Shown one piece after another: positions 1 to 14,932 of a stretch of DNA of 64,000 bases. Both the position numbers and the translations under genes were made by a program. Source of the DNA: Octopus sinensis (lineage: Eukaryota). Numbering within the stretch: the stretch's first letter is position 1; every line of letters starts with the position of its first letter. The stretch lies in the NCBI RefSeq assembly GCF_006345805.1, contig NC_043009.1, forward strand, positions 38,378,001-38,442,000, read 5' to 3'. A model generated the notes under the pieces. The model saw nothing but the letters and a program-made list of their open reading frames with translations, ran no database searches and was not told the DNA's origin.

Positions 1-974
1 CTTAAACTATGGCTTACCCAGGATATATATTATATATTGTGTAGAGAACGAGGTCGTGTATTTAATATCCGTATATTTTACAACACAAAGCAAACAGCAA
101 TTTATTTTGTTTACTCATCACTTTTAAAAGAAAATATCAACTTCCTATCTTCAAGACTTTTAAAGATCCTACTTCACACCTTCAAATAAGTTGGGAAACA
201 CTCATGAAAATGCAACATAAAGGCAGCATCCAAATTTGCAGGAAATGGTTATTTTAAAGGGTGGAAAAAATATTGTTGTGATGAAGAATATTATGATATA
301 TTATATATATACATATGCACAGACAAACACACACACACACACACACACATACACGCGTACACAAACACACAAACAAATTTAACGGTTTAACGGGCGGTAG
401 ATGGGGTCGGATTCGCGCCAAAATTTACACTGGGTGGTAAAATGGGGTGGGCAATGGTGTGAGGAGGGTTGCAAGTCGCTCGGGGCTACCGTTTGGTTGC
501 CATGGTGAGGAATATGGGAAAGATTGAGTTTTATGGGATAGACAGGTTCCGCTGTTTGAATAATGGTGGCTTTTCGTTTTGCTGCAAGGGTTAGAGGTGG
601 TTATCTTTAATCTAATCTATAAAAGGAAGAAGGCGAACGTTGATACAAATTGGATTTTTATGCAAAAGGGGTCTAAATGGGGTTGGAAGGGGATTAAAAT
701 TTACAGGAGGGAGTAACTTAAGGTGAGAAATTGATTGGGAAACGTTTTGGGGCGCTACAGATGTTGCTTTGCTGTGAAAACGGGGATTTTATTGATTTTG
801 GGGGACACTTTGGGGTCTAGATTGGACACCTTTTGCCCGATTTCAATCAAATTTTCAACATGGTAAAGTGTAAGCGGATTTAAGCGCAGAAAATGGGTTC
901 GAAATTTTGACAATTAAGGCTGGATTTAAGAAACAGAAAGGAAGCAACAGAAAGTAATAGCCACACCCTCACTC

Positions 975-1565
975 GTTTGTCTGTCCTTGTTTGTCCCCTC
1001 TATGTTTAGCCCCTTGTGGCAATAAAGAAATAAGAAACGTTAGCACGCCGGGCGAAATGCATAGCGGTATTTCGTCTGCCGCTACGTTGTGAGTTCAAAT
1101 TCCGCCGAGGTCGACTTTGCCTGTCATCCTTTCGGGGTCGATAAATTAAGTACCAGTTACGCCATGGGGTCGATATAATCGACCTAATCTGTTTGTCTGT
1201 CCTTGTTTGTCCTCTCTGTGTTTAGTCCCTTATAGGTAGTAAAGAAATAGGTATTTCGTCTGCCGCTACGTTCTGAGTTCAAATTCCGCCGAGGTTGACT
1301 TTGCCTTTCATCCTTTCGGGGGTCGATTAAATAAGTACCAGTTACGTACTGGGGTCGATATAATCGATCTAATCCGTTTGCCTGTCCTTGTTTGTATGCT
1401 CTGTGTTTAGCCACTTGTGGGCAGTAAGGAAATAAGAATCGTTAGCACGTCAGATAACATGCTTAGCGGTATTTCTTCCGCCACTTTACGATTTTCATTC
1501 CTTAGTGATCAATAAAAATAAGAAACTACCCAAGTACTTGGGTCGATATAATCGACATGTCCCCT
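975..1565 (+). mobile_element. Tandem array of tRNA-derived SINE family B (Meta-like core), 3-4 partial units
   Basis: Repeated ~180-220 bp unit with B-box-like GAGTTCAAATTCC, core GTCGACTTTGCCTTTCATCCTTTCGGGGTCGATAAATTAAGTACCAG (resembles the MetaSINE core) and tail ...TTTAGCCCCTTGTGG..AATAAAGAAATA. Confidence 0.85.
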
Positions 1566-1894
1566 TCCACAAAGAAAAAAAGAAACTGGCCTAGAATCTG
1601 CGAGGAACCGGTGTCCGTTGGAGAGAATGTTTCGATTTCGGTTAGTTAAGCATCATGGAAACTAAATAATCGGCCTTATTAACCCTAGGGATCGTGGAAA
1701 AAGAAAAAGAGATTTTTAAAATTAAAGAAACAGAGAAAAATATAAAAAAAAAGTAATAACAGTAATGATGTGAAAACGTCATTAGGTGTAACGAAAATTA
1801 TTTTTAGTTGGAACAAGCAAGAGAACTAATATTTCAACTAGTCGAAAAAATGAGATGAGCAGAAGTGGAGGGTGAAGATTGAGTCTGATCTTTG

Positions 1895-1908
1895 GTAGCC
1901 ATGGTAAC
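1895..1908. promoter_or_regulatory. RFX X-box-like palindromic motif
   Basis: GTAGCCATGGTAAC matches the GTNRCCATGGYAAC consensus and lies in non-repetitive DNA; no TSS evidence. Confidence 0.35.
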
Positions 1909-3055
1909 AACTCCGGATACAATTTATATCGTTTCAAATAAATTTAACTTATTTTGTATTTTTCTTCATTCGATGTCGCTGATATTGGTGTGTGTAGCTT
2001 CTGTTTATCATTCAAATATTTCTTTTTAACAGAACACCAATGTTCTGTTAAGATGAAAACTATCTTTTACTTACATACCAAAGATACTTGAGTGGAACTA
2101 AGTATATTATAATATGCTTGACGGTTCTTTTTGAAGAAATCTATCTTACATCAACATACACATCAAAAACAAGAACAAAAAAGAAAAACAAAAGCGAAAA
2201 AGTTAGAACAATGAGATTAGCAACAAAAGATGTGAGAAATAATACATATGTCGGTATGATTAAAAATCTACATTGTTTCATTTCATTCATATATTTATTA
2301 TTATTGTTATTATCATATTTTTTTCTTAAGAAACTGCCTTTGAAAATTGGCACCACTATAAGATAGTAATACGTAGATAACAACTGTGTAGTTATGACAT
2401 ATGAACCTGCCAGTTTCTTGTCGGTTTAGATTTGTCTATGTTTCTTTTGTAGTTATGAGATAAAAATCACCGTTTAGTTTTCATTCTGAAACAAAATTCC
2501 AAAAATATTACAGGAAAAAACCCCCAACAAAAAGCAAAAAAAGAAAAGAAGAAATTATCCACCAACACCACCAATAACAGCAACAAGAAAAAAATCCTGA
2601 GTACTTTTCTGTTGATGTTGATATTACTAGAGAAAACTTCAATTGTCTTGTCTTCAGGTTAGAAATTCATTTATTAATTTCCAAAATCAGTATGATCAAA
2701 GTGTTACGTTAGAAAAAAAAATTCGCTTGTAGTCATCTTTTTCCCACCTCTTTTTGTACAACATATCACCAATGTGATCATTATTTTAATTAAAACTATC
2801 TTCCATCAACGTTTAGCTCAACAGCACGTTTACTTAACAAAGAGGCAACAGTCTTCTGATGTAATAAGCACTTTAAAACGTTTCATTTGTAATGCTTTTT
2901 TTTTTGTAACGATGAACAAACCAAACCCATTAGCAATCTATCATTTCTGGCCTAGAATTTCAATAAGGAATACGTATATCGAATGAGGATTCTAACACGT
3001 ACGTTAAACAACAGTTGTTTCACCGATTCCACTAATTTTATAATAATAATAATAA

Positions 3056-3270
3056 TCCTTTCTACCGGAAGTACAAGGTCTCATATTTGGCGGGAGGGAT
3101 TATGTTGATTACATCCACCTCTGTGCATAACTGGTACTTATTTAATCGACCCCAAAAGGTTGAAAGGCAAAGTCGATCCCGGCGGAATTTGAATTCAGAA
3201 CGTAGCGGTTGACGAAATGCCGCTAAACATTTCGCCCGGCGTACTAATGATTCTGACAGCTCACCGCCTT
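3056..3270 (-). mobile_element. SINE family B, full-length copy
   Basis: Reverse complement of head GGCGGTGAGCTG..., B box and Meta-like core; ends in (ATT)n. Confidence 0.85.
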
Positions 3271-3329
3271 AAATAATAAGAATGCTAATAATAATAAGCA
3301 TGAGAAAGTGAGACTAGATGAAGTTGAAG

Positions 3330-5236
3330 AGCAGAAATGGGGGTGGGGGCAATAGCAATGGAAGAGCCACGATGTGTTCTTAAGAAGTCTCACAAGTGAA
3401 AACCCCCAGGACTGGACCGAATTCCTAACTTCTAAATGGCTAAATTGTCTGATAAAAGTACACCAAAATTTCGCTACATCTCTGACTGATGTCATCCAGA
3501 ACCCAGAGCAAATACTTGCCTGGCTGACCGAAGGAACAACATACTCTCTACCAAAAACTGATGACACAAAAAAATCCATAGAACTATCGACCAATAAAAT
3601 GTCTCAACACCGCCTACAAGATACTACTATATCATATTAACTGACAGAATATACATAGATCGATCCTTCCATAGGCTCAAAAAGAAGTTCGTATGAGTGC
3701 AAAGATCAATTACTCATAAGTAAAATGATTGTAGAGAATTGCCGGGGCAAAAAGAAGAACCTGAATACGACAATAAACCATCTGTTTCATATGGACGAGC
3801 TGAAGCTGTTTGCTAGAAATGACGAAGGGCTGCTAACAACTTAAAGAATTCAGTAATGACATCGAGATGAACTTTGGCCTTGATAAGTGTGCTAAAGCAA
3901 TTTTTGTTAGAGGTAAGATCAGGCAAACAGCTTCCATTAAATTAGATACCGACACTACCATCAAGGAGCTTGACCCACAAGAAAGCTATAAATATCTGGG
4001 AATAAACGAAGGAGATGGTATACGACATGCTACTATGACGGAAAAAATAAGAAAGGAGTATTACAGAAGAAAAAGACTCATACTAAAAACAGAACTCAAC
4101 TCCAAAAATCGCATTGAAGTCAGTAATATCCTGCAAATATTGGGTCAAGCTAGACAGAAAAGAATTAGACACAGCAAAATCCCAACACTGGTTGAGAATC
4201 TCATGGCTCAAAGCAGAGAGTGAAGGATTTTAATTGCAGCACAAGATCAAAGCCTTCCCACCAGAAATTATCAACGACACGTAATGAAAATAAATAAAAG
4301 TAACTTCAGAATATGAGGTGATGGAGAAGACACAATAAATCATATTGTCTCTGGCTGCCCAGTTCTGGCTAAGAATGAATATATTCACAGACAAGACAGA
4401 GTTGGGACCTATATACACTGGAAGCTATGTCAACACTATGGAATAATAACAGAAAAAAAGATGGTATAGGTCACAGAAAATGAGAAAGCAGCCATTCTCT
4501 GGGATGGAAGCACTCCGTCGGTTCCGACGACGAGGGTTCCGGTTGATCCGATCAACGGAACAGCCTGCTCGTGAAATTAACGTGTAGTGGCTGAGCACTC
4601 CACAGACACGTGTACCCTTAACGTAGTTCTCGGGGATATTCAGCGTGACACAGAGAGTGACAAGGCCGGCCCTTTGAAATATAGGTACAACAGAAACAGG
4701 AAGTAAGAGTGAGAGAAAGTTGTGGTGAAAGAGTACAGCAGGGATCACCACCATTCCCTGCCGGAGCCTCGTGGAGCTTTTAGGTGTTTTCGCTCGGTCT
4801 GGGAATCGAAACCGCAATCCTACGACCAATACACACAGATAAAGAAATTAAGGTCAATAGGCAGGACACAGTTGTCAGATGTTACCAATAAAATAAAAAA
4901 AGCTTTTTAATCGATGTATCATTACCAACAGATGACAATGTTTCTCTAAAAGAAACGGAGAAACTTTCAAAATAAAAAGATCTGGAAATAGAGGTAACTC
5001 GAATGTGGAGTCTAAAAACAATCCCTATCATAGTAGCCGCATTAGGCATGATAAAAAAAACATTCAGACAAATAACAGCAAACACACCAGGACTTACAAG
5101 TATATATAACACACAGTTGGTAAAACACTTTCAATACAGTGAAAATTAGAGCACCACAACAAACCACAGCACATACCGAAGGCACACAGATTTGCGCCCG
5201 GTAGTGCAGTGAAAGCACGTGATAAAAATAAGACTA

Positions 5237-5240
<4 letters not shown>
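3330..5240 (+). mobile_element. Degenerate R4/Dong-like non-LTR retrotransposon (RT + RLE), interrupted by a SINE
   Basis: Frameshifted pieces HLFHMDELKLF, FGLDKCAKA, YKYLG, RKEYYRRKRLILKTELNSKNRI, AAQDQ, ILWD, K..DLEIE; 3' end runs into (AAT)n. Confidence 0.85.
4506..4826 (-). mobile_element. tRNA-derived SINE family A inserted in the LINE RLE region
   Basis: Reverse-complement match to copies at 33367 and 38492; splits the LINE ILWD/PIHTD motif. Confidence 0.85.
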
Positions 5241-5643
<403 letters not shown>

Positions 5644-5689
5644 ATTTGCGGGTAAGTGGGGTATGAACACGAGCCTGAAGTTGTCATGG

Positions 5690-6065
5690 TGAATGGCAAT
5701 TACACGATTTTATGGAATTTCTCCCTAGAGACTGGCCATTTATTGAAGCAGGGAATTTATAAGGAAAAAACAACAAAAAAAACAAAAACAGTGCAAGACC
5801 ATTGACTTTGCACTGCTTATGAAAGTAGAGTAGATATTAAAGTAATTGAGAAAATAGAGAAATATAAGGATCTAGAAAGAGCGATGAAGAGTTATGAACA
5901 CAACAAAGGTGAAAATTGTTCCTGTGATAATTGGTGCAATCAGTAGAACGTCCAAATTGCTACCTAAGAGATCGAGGGATATTGGAATTGGGACTTGCAT
6001 TGTCGATTTCTACAGGAAAGTGCCATATTGCAATCTGCAAGAATCCAATGGGAGTACACTTGAGA
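5690..6065 (+). mobile_element. Old R4/Dong-like LINE C-terminal (RLE) fragment
   Basis: Translates to ILWNF, KYKDLE, KVKIVPVIIGAI, SAILQSARI with stops. Confidence 0.65.
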
Positions 6066-6957
6066 TTTGAAGAGATTCGTTGTCACCAAACACCAGGATA
6101 GCATAATATACTCGTTACTTAAATTTTCAATAAGTCTATTCTATAATTGAGTTTCTTATTAATTAACTTGAAGTATGTAGCTTTTATCAAAAGAAAGCTA
6201 TTATTAAAGTTTATGCTGTTTAAAAAATCCTGATACATTATAATTTTGATCATTTTTCTTTTCAAATAGCGGTTTTCAAGTTTCTTTTATTTGGGAAGAT
6301 TCTAACTTTGCATTTTAAGGTGGTGCTCCAGCATAGCCGCAGTCAGTTGACTGAAATTAGTAAGAGAGTGAAAGAGTAACTCAGCAAAACTAATATTTAT
6401 TCGCTGCTATATCTTACACATCGAGATAACTTTTTAACGTCTCTGTTTAAACTTCTAAAAATATAAAGATGGCTTAAACATCTTTTTACAGATATATCAG
6501 TAGAAACCTCACTTTAGATTATAAGCTTAATCCAGCATCGGCAAAATTATGTTGATTCCAGTATCCTTTCATAGTTGTTGGATGTTGTTGAAGGCAGTAA
6601 ATTGAGGACATAATACTTAATTTCTTCATAAATTCTAACGTTGACTATTATGCTAAATATACTTATTGAACACGGGCGTACTATAAGGCAAATAAAGGAT
6701 ACAAAACCATGATTAGGCGTAACATATCTGAAAACCCCCCAGAAATTTTGAATCGATTGTGCAACTATTATTTGGTGACCAGCAGAAAACCGCTCGGAAG
6801 TTGGTCTTTTGACTTGTCGCTGGTTGATATCACAATAATTTCCTGAAGTTCACCGAGCATTTTTAAAATCTACATTCCAGTGATTGAGCTATGTATCTTT
6901 CCTTAGAAACCAGCTCCTCCTCAGAGGAGAGAACATACATATATACTCACACATACG

Positions 6958-6990
<33 letters not shown>

Positions 6991-7084
6991 TGTATGTATG
7001 TATGTATGTATGTATGTATGTATGTATGTATATGTGCGTTTATGTGCATGTGTGAGACGTATATATATATGTCTGTACCCATGT

Positions 7085-7298
7085 GTATGTATATATGTAT
7101 ATATACCTTTGAAACGCGGCGTAGACGAAACAGGGACAACTGAAGAAGGGGAATATTCCTTGTGTTGTATGTCTTGTACTCTGTTTTTTCGTTGTTTGAA
7201 AAATAGTTCGTTTCCATGTTTTTTTAATGTTTTTGTTTCTCATTGTGTTCAATGTTTTTTTTATGTCATGTACCCATATATGCATGTATATATATATA

Positions 7299-7344
<46 letters not shown>

Positions 7345-7860
7345 AATATATTGATGTAGATATGTACATATATGCATGTATATATGCATATATTTATATA
7401 TATATATAGCAGTCGCAGAAGCAACACGTATTTGTTCGTCTCCCCGCGGCCATTAGGCACAACTTCACAGCCAGCCCCATACTCAACTCGTCCTGTCGAA
7501 AGACCCTTGTCCTACGTCCTGGTTTGTTTTGTTGTTTATTTTTTATTTTTACCGTATTGTTTTTACGTTTTTGTATTCTTATTGGTGTCACGTATTCTGT
7601 ATTTTTGTTTGTGTACTTCGTTCGTGTTCCGTCCTCGCGTTGTATACATTCGAAGCTTTCTTCCAGGGGATCTAATGCGCTTGGCTTAGATTTCCCTTGG
7701 CGGCTGGCCATATCGGAGCAATCTCAAGATTAATCAGCCGAAATTGCTAAGATTATCTGGTTCTTGACTGATGACTGAGGGCTTCGAATGTCCCGTCCTG
7801 TGGTTCTTGTGTCGTCTCTGTGGTGTTTCATGTTCTTGTCCATGTCTGTAATTATTTTTA
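7085..7860. mobile_element. Interspersed repeat fragments in (TA)n, probably PLE terminal-repeat derived
   Basis: Bounded by (TA)n; shares CAACGCGAGGACG with the hammerhead-bearing repeat at 58745-58965; class assignment is inference. Confidence 0.35.
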
Positions 7861-7869
7861 CTGTTTACC

Positions 7870-7907
<38 letters not shown>

Positions 7908-9092
7908 ATTATATATATATATATATATAATATATATGTACATATGTATAAGAATATGTGTACGCACACTTACACACACTCCTTTATGAACAATTATGTT
8001 GCATCTAAAAGTGGAGAATAATTTCTAGAAAGATGTTCTGTTTAAATATTAATACAGTATGTAAATGCTATATTGCAAAATATGAAATATTTATAAAGTT
8101 GAAATGTGTTTCTGTCATCAAATAATTTGTCCGCTGTTCCAGCTTTCACTCTGTATATTTTATTCCTTTCATATTTCTTTACCTATCTTCTCTTGTTTTG
8201 TGTTTTTGTTCCTGTTTCTTATTGTATATATATATATTTTTAAACAGTTTCCTTTTTGTACTTGGTTATATTTCCTTCTCTTTCCCCGCACTCGGCTTGT
8301 CTCATTCTGAATAGTCACGTAGCCGTAGAAGTTACTGTTTCGTTCTTCTAACAGGTGGAGTGCGGGAGTCATGCGAAGTGAATCAGTTCAAATAGCCATC
8401 GGTGTGCGAGCTACCGCTGTTACAAAATTATTTTGATGCTACAAAAATCTATGTTGAACATATGTTTTTTCTTTTCTTGTTTTGTTTTGTTTTTCATTTT
8501 ACCCCCAACTTGTGATAGATTACATTCAAAACATCACATTCATTAAAAATGTCTTAGGTGTGTAAAAAAAAAAACACAAAATAAAAATAAGAATTACAAA
8601 AGATTGAAGATAAAACTGCTAACACAAAGTTTCGTGTTTTTTGAAATGTCTGTTTTAATATGCAAAAAAAAAATAGAAGTATATAAACAATAAAACAAAA
8701 CACAAGAAGTAAACAACAAAAGAAAAGCATATTTAATCAATAAAAACTATGAATGTCAAAATACTGTCAGCTATTTCTCTTGCAACTGTTGTTTTGATGT
8801 ATTAACTAAAAGAACGTTGATAGACAGTCGTGTAACGGCCAGTCCTAAATCAGTTCAGCTTCATGCTTTTGAATAAAAGGAAACGTGTGGATACGTTGTC
8901 AAACTACAATATTAGTGTAACCAGACTTTTCCCCACTTTTTTCTTTTAATTTTAAAATTTCTTGTCGTGATTTTTAAAAATGCTATTTTACTTCAGAGGA
9001 CTATATGTAAATTGCTTTAGTTTTCTTCGTGTTAGTTCTTTTTTTTTTGTTTTTAATGTTTGATTTTTATTTTGAAGGAACGAGTAGTCGGC

Positions 9093-9136
<44 letters not shown>

Positions 9137-10149
9137 TAGTAGTGGGATTAAACAGGAACGTAATTATCCATGATTGAAGTTGGAGCGAGAAAGTGAGGCG
9201 ACGACATTGATTAGTTAATATTTCTGCTTCCGGTCCCGAAGCAGATAATATATCAATTGAGAGATTTCAAGATAATAAATATTAAATATTCCTTGCACCG
9301 AACCTAAGTCAACTAGATTTAACCTCTTACTGTTGGCTCAAGATGCCGTCTTTCGGTCTGATCGCTTGGCTATGGATGCGACTAGCTTTATTATACAAGC
9401 AATTGCTGCTTACTTATTGTTGTCGTATAACAATAAAACTACTTCTATAGAAACTTTCCTAGACTGTCCGCCGCCGTGTGTATATGAACAAGTTGAATAT
9501 CGCCCTGTATATATACATATATGTCTTTGTCTGTATCTTTACAGCTATTTACATAGGCTGTAAAGATCTGCTAACTTTCTCTTTACTGCTACGAAATAGA
9601 CAATTTTATTGTATCTCTTATTTTAGAACTAATATGGTTCTTCTACGTGCATTTATTTAAATTATACAATATCTTGTTTCATTAAAGATTTACACATAAT
9701 TCCATTGACATGCTGGGAAAACATAAACGTACTTTATTGTTCTTGGTGAAATTTTATTCAACTGTCGAGTCAGATCATAATATCGGAACGATGTTTTAAA
9801 CTGATCAAAACAAATTTACAAATACTTTTTCAGTAAAAGTTATTCTTAGTTTCTTGCTTGGTAAAAATAAAATAAAATAAAATAAAAAGAACTGAAAAAG
9901 TGATCTCTACACACTTCTGTTGGTGTGACATGTTCAATGCATTCTGTTTAAAAACCTTCTAAATTTAAGTACATGGGACAATTAATCTAATACAAACATT
10001 AATGCTTTCTAAGTTTAGCATAAAGAGTTTTGAACTTAGTATATGACTAGTACTATATATATATAGCCCCCGCGAGAGGGAAGTATGAGAGATAAAGGTG
10101 AACTGACTTGCATATGCTGACCTGTGTGTGTACGCATGAATGTATATTT

Positions 10150-11745
10150 GTCATTATTCAGTTTTATTTCAAGATTTCTTGTCAATAGAGAAAGAACCAG
10201 TTTCTAACCAAGATCCAAGGCTCTTTCATTGAAATTTCAACAAAATCAACAGGGTACTTTTTTATGTATGTACACGTGCCGAGTTGTACGTTTTATTTTT
10301 GTTTGTATTCTCTTGCATATAGTTACATATCTAGACATGCTCTATATACTTGAATGATAAGCTTCTAGAAAGTTTTATAGATTTTTACAGTTCCAGTGGT
10401 GGCGTGAATCTGTACTCCTCGAATCAGCTTCCTCCTTTCTGGTTCTGAGAAGCCCAATTTTTCAAGATTGGTATTTAAGCAGTGTGTTACATATCCCAGT
10501 GCCCCAATAATTACAGATATAAACATGAACTTGTAGTCTCGATAGAGTAACTGCAGATTTCTCAATAGCTCACCATAGGTATTTTCTTTTTCACTGGTAT
10601 TCAGCTGTACGTTAACATCTGCTGGGCAGCTGATTTCCACAGCTGTATACAGTTTCTCTTCTCTATCCCAAATCATTATATCAGGTCTATTATGTTTACA
10701 TTTTATTGAAGTTTTCACTGGAATATTCCACTAACAGTCCTTTTTATTACAAGTGGTTATGGCTTCCACCGTACTGCAGGTCCTTATTTCTTTGTCCTCA
10801 GGGTTATCCTTTCGACAGATCTCATTATACAGTGTCTTAGCTACAGCATCATGTCTCATCGGTAGATAATACCGTGATAACATTTTCGGACAACTGCCTA
10901 TGGTGTGGGTGATATCTTCAGTGTGAACTCCACAAAGTCTGCATCGGTTGTCACATTTTACTACTTTCACTGCATCTCTATCCCTTTTGTGCATCAGGTA
11001 TTTGGTTGATATTTCCTGTTCCTGGATTGCAAGCGCATACCATTCAAAGTGGGAGGTTGTAACTCGGTTGTTGATCCATAATAGACAGCTTTGATGATCA
11101 ATGTTACTATCATCTCGGAGATTTCTACTTGTATACCCATGCATGGTCTTCTGCTTACATATGCTCTTCCTTTCATCTGATGATGTGTTGCGGCAGAGAT
11201 GTGCGACTTCTGTGAACTTGTGCATAAAGTTATCAGACAAGGAATGCTACTCAAGAAGCTGCCTTCCAAGCCTTATGATGCTATCAGCCTCATGTATGCA
11301 GACCTGGTCAAGGAACTTCGACACTTGGTAGTTAAAAGATGTTGTCGAAGGCTATGATACAACAGTCAAAGGCAGTTTGGATCGGTCTTAAGCCTCTGCT
11401 GCTGTTTTCGTTTTAGTTAGAGCGGTCTACGTCACTGTTTATGTGGAAATTATGTGTGCTTGTTAGTATTTTTCGGGTTTTCACATCAATGGCTCGGATC
11501 TCATCAAGCGTCCAATCAAGCAGCCCAAATGTTGGTATGAGTATTGGCACTGCAATCACATTGTGGGCCACTCTTTTATTGAATGTAGAGAATTCTGAGA
11601 TCCAAATTTCCTTTATTCGGCTGTAATATTCTTTAGTGACACGTGATTTGTTACAGGTGCCATGGTAAAATATGCTTTCTTTCGTTTCTTTTCCTGATTG
11701 TATCCATCTTTTGTTGTTCCTAATCCACATTTTGCACGAACCTTC
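10150..11745 (-). mobile_element. Degenerate R4/Dong-like LINE (post-RT region, CCHC knuckle, RLE)
   Basis: ORF pieces: IQEQEI, CRLCGVHTEDITHTIGSC, RHD, NRPDIMIWD, VEISCP, IIGALG. Confidence 0.9.
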
Positions 11746-11799
11746 TCTTTATATATATATCACGGCGCCAGCGTGGCTATAAGGTAAGTCATTCTCTTC

Positions 11800-12029
11800 A
11801 TGCAAAAAAATCACATGTTTTCAAAGAAACAACAGTACTTTAATAATCTTCCTATTTATAAAATATTGCACTCTAGCTCATCAGTATTCCTGATTTCTGT
11901 ACAATTTATGCAATGATTTTCTTACAAATCTTATACGATATCAACTAATATCTTTTTAGAGACACATCATAAACTCTTTTGGCATAATATGCCTTGGTAA
12001 TATGGTAATAAGCAATCAATTCTGCGTGA

Positions 12030-12035
<6 letters not shown>
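11800..12035 (-). repeat. Left arm of a diverged inverted duplication (partner 14395-14625)
   Basis: AATATTGCACTCTAGCTCATCAGTATTCCTGATT...GCAATGATTTTCT aligns to the reverse complement of 14395-14625. Confidence 0.8.
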
Positions 12036-12598
<563 letters not shown>

Positions 12599-12599
12599 A

Positions 12600-13050
12600 C
12601 AAATAAAAGACAGAAGATGGAATATAGGAGAATATATTATTAGTCACAACAATTGTTTCGACACATCTAGCATCGACTCCTCTTGTGTGGCACACAAAAA
12701 AACTGGTATAGGAACATCCGGCGGTGCGGACGTATCTCGTCGGGTGATAAATAAATATTCTTTTATCCTTTCATTCCTTTCAGCCATGCATGGCAATTTT
12801 GATTTCCTCAGTCTGGGGGTTTCAACCATGCGTGGTCTTTTTGATTTCCTCAGTCTGAGGTGTTTCACATCACGGAGGAATTGGGAATAGGGGATGGAGA
12901 ACTTGGTGTGTTTAGGGTGGGAGGAAGAGAAGTTGTGGTATGAGTGTGAGTCTGTGTGTTTGTAGTGGATGGAAGTGGTGAGAGTGGAGTGATGAATGCT
13001 GACCGAAATGTCTAGAAAGGCGACGGAAGTGTCGGAAATAGTGAATTTTG
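12600..13050 (-). mobile_element. Probable PLE 3'/terminal fragment
   Basis: Next to (TA)n; ERIKEYLFI resembles a GIY-YIG C-terminus; GAAACAATTGTT palindromic hammerhead-like half. Confidence 0.35.
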
Positions 13051-13169
13051 TGTGTTGTGTATGTGTGTGTGTGTGTGATCGATTAAACCAGTGGAAGCAT
13101 TATTCAGAATGGCCGCAGTACAAACGACTTGCACGACGAAATGAGTAAAATAATAAAGCGATATAAATA

Positions 13170-14365
<1,196 letters not shown>

Positions 14366-14394
14366 AAAAATATAAGAATAATAATTGAAGAATA

Positions 14395-14625
14395 TGTATA
14401 TTTATTCGCACACAAGTAATTGCATATTACCAAGATATAAACCATCATTATTTATGAAGTTTTTTCTAAAAATGTGTTAGTTGATAACATATAAAATTTA
14501 TTAGAAAATCATTGCGGAAAATTTATAGCAATCAGGAATATTGATGAGCTCCAGTGCAATATTTAATAAATAGAAAGAATCATAAAAAAAAGCGAATGCT
14601 ATTGTTTCGTGTAAAACACGTGATA
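14395..14625 (+). repeat. Right arm of inverted duplication, directly upstream of the candidate gene
   Basis: Reverse-complement homology to 11800-12035. Confidence 0.8.
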
Positions 14626-14724
14626 TTTAACAAATGTCTATAGAAAATATTGGATTGTAAGAAGCTTTACGAAGAATGATGATTAAAACATTCTGCAATT
14701 TTATTGAACGCTGTAAAGTAATTG

Positions 14725-14733
14725 ATGATAGAC
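14725..14733 (+). CDS. Candidate first coding exon (M-I-D) of orphan gene
   Basis: ATG ATA GAC followed by consensus donor GTGAGT; phase 0 matches the next exon; in-frame TAA just upstream; very short, so weak. Confidence 0.3.
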
Positions 14734-14932
14734 GTGAGTAAAGGTTAATTAAAGAGAATAACTGCTGAAGAAGAACAATGACAGATCGAAACGAAATACA
14801 TACAAACAACAATATGAAACCTAATTTAGAAATTTGTATACGTTTTAGAAACCCAAGAAATATTTTACTTGTCAAGATGGTGATTATTCGTAGTATAATG
14901 ACAACCTAACTCTGCCGATTGTGTGTTAGTAG

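Noticed and set aside
375-945. G-rich block, possibly a decayed PLE GIY-YIG region, containing an X-box-like GTTGCCATGG
   Set aside because: Too degenerate for motif-level support; the X-box half-site is incomplete.
6547-6843. ~98-codon stop-free minus-strand frame
   Set aside because: No start, convincing splice boundaries or motif; a length like this can occur by chance in 64 kb.
7765-7795. CTGATGA...GAA hammerhead-like words
   Set aside because: Stems II and III and the GAAA/NUH geometry cannot be formed convincingly.
11864-11885. TATTGCAC miR-92-type seed in the inverted duplication
   Set aside because: No local precursor hairpin and no match beyond the seed.
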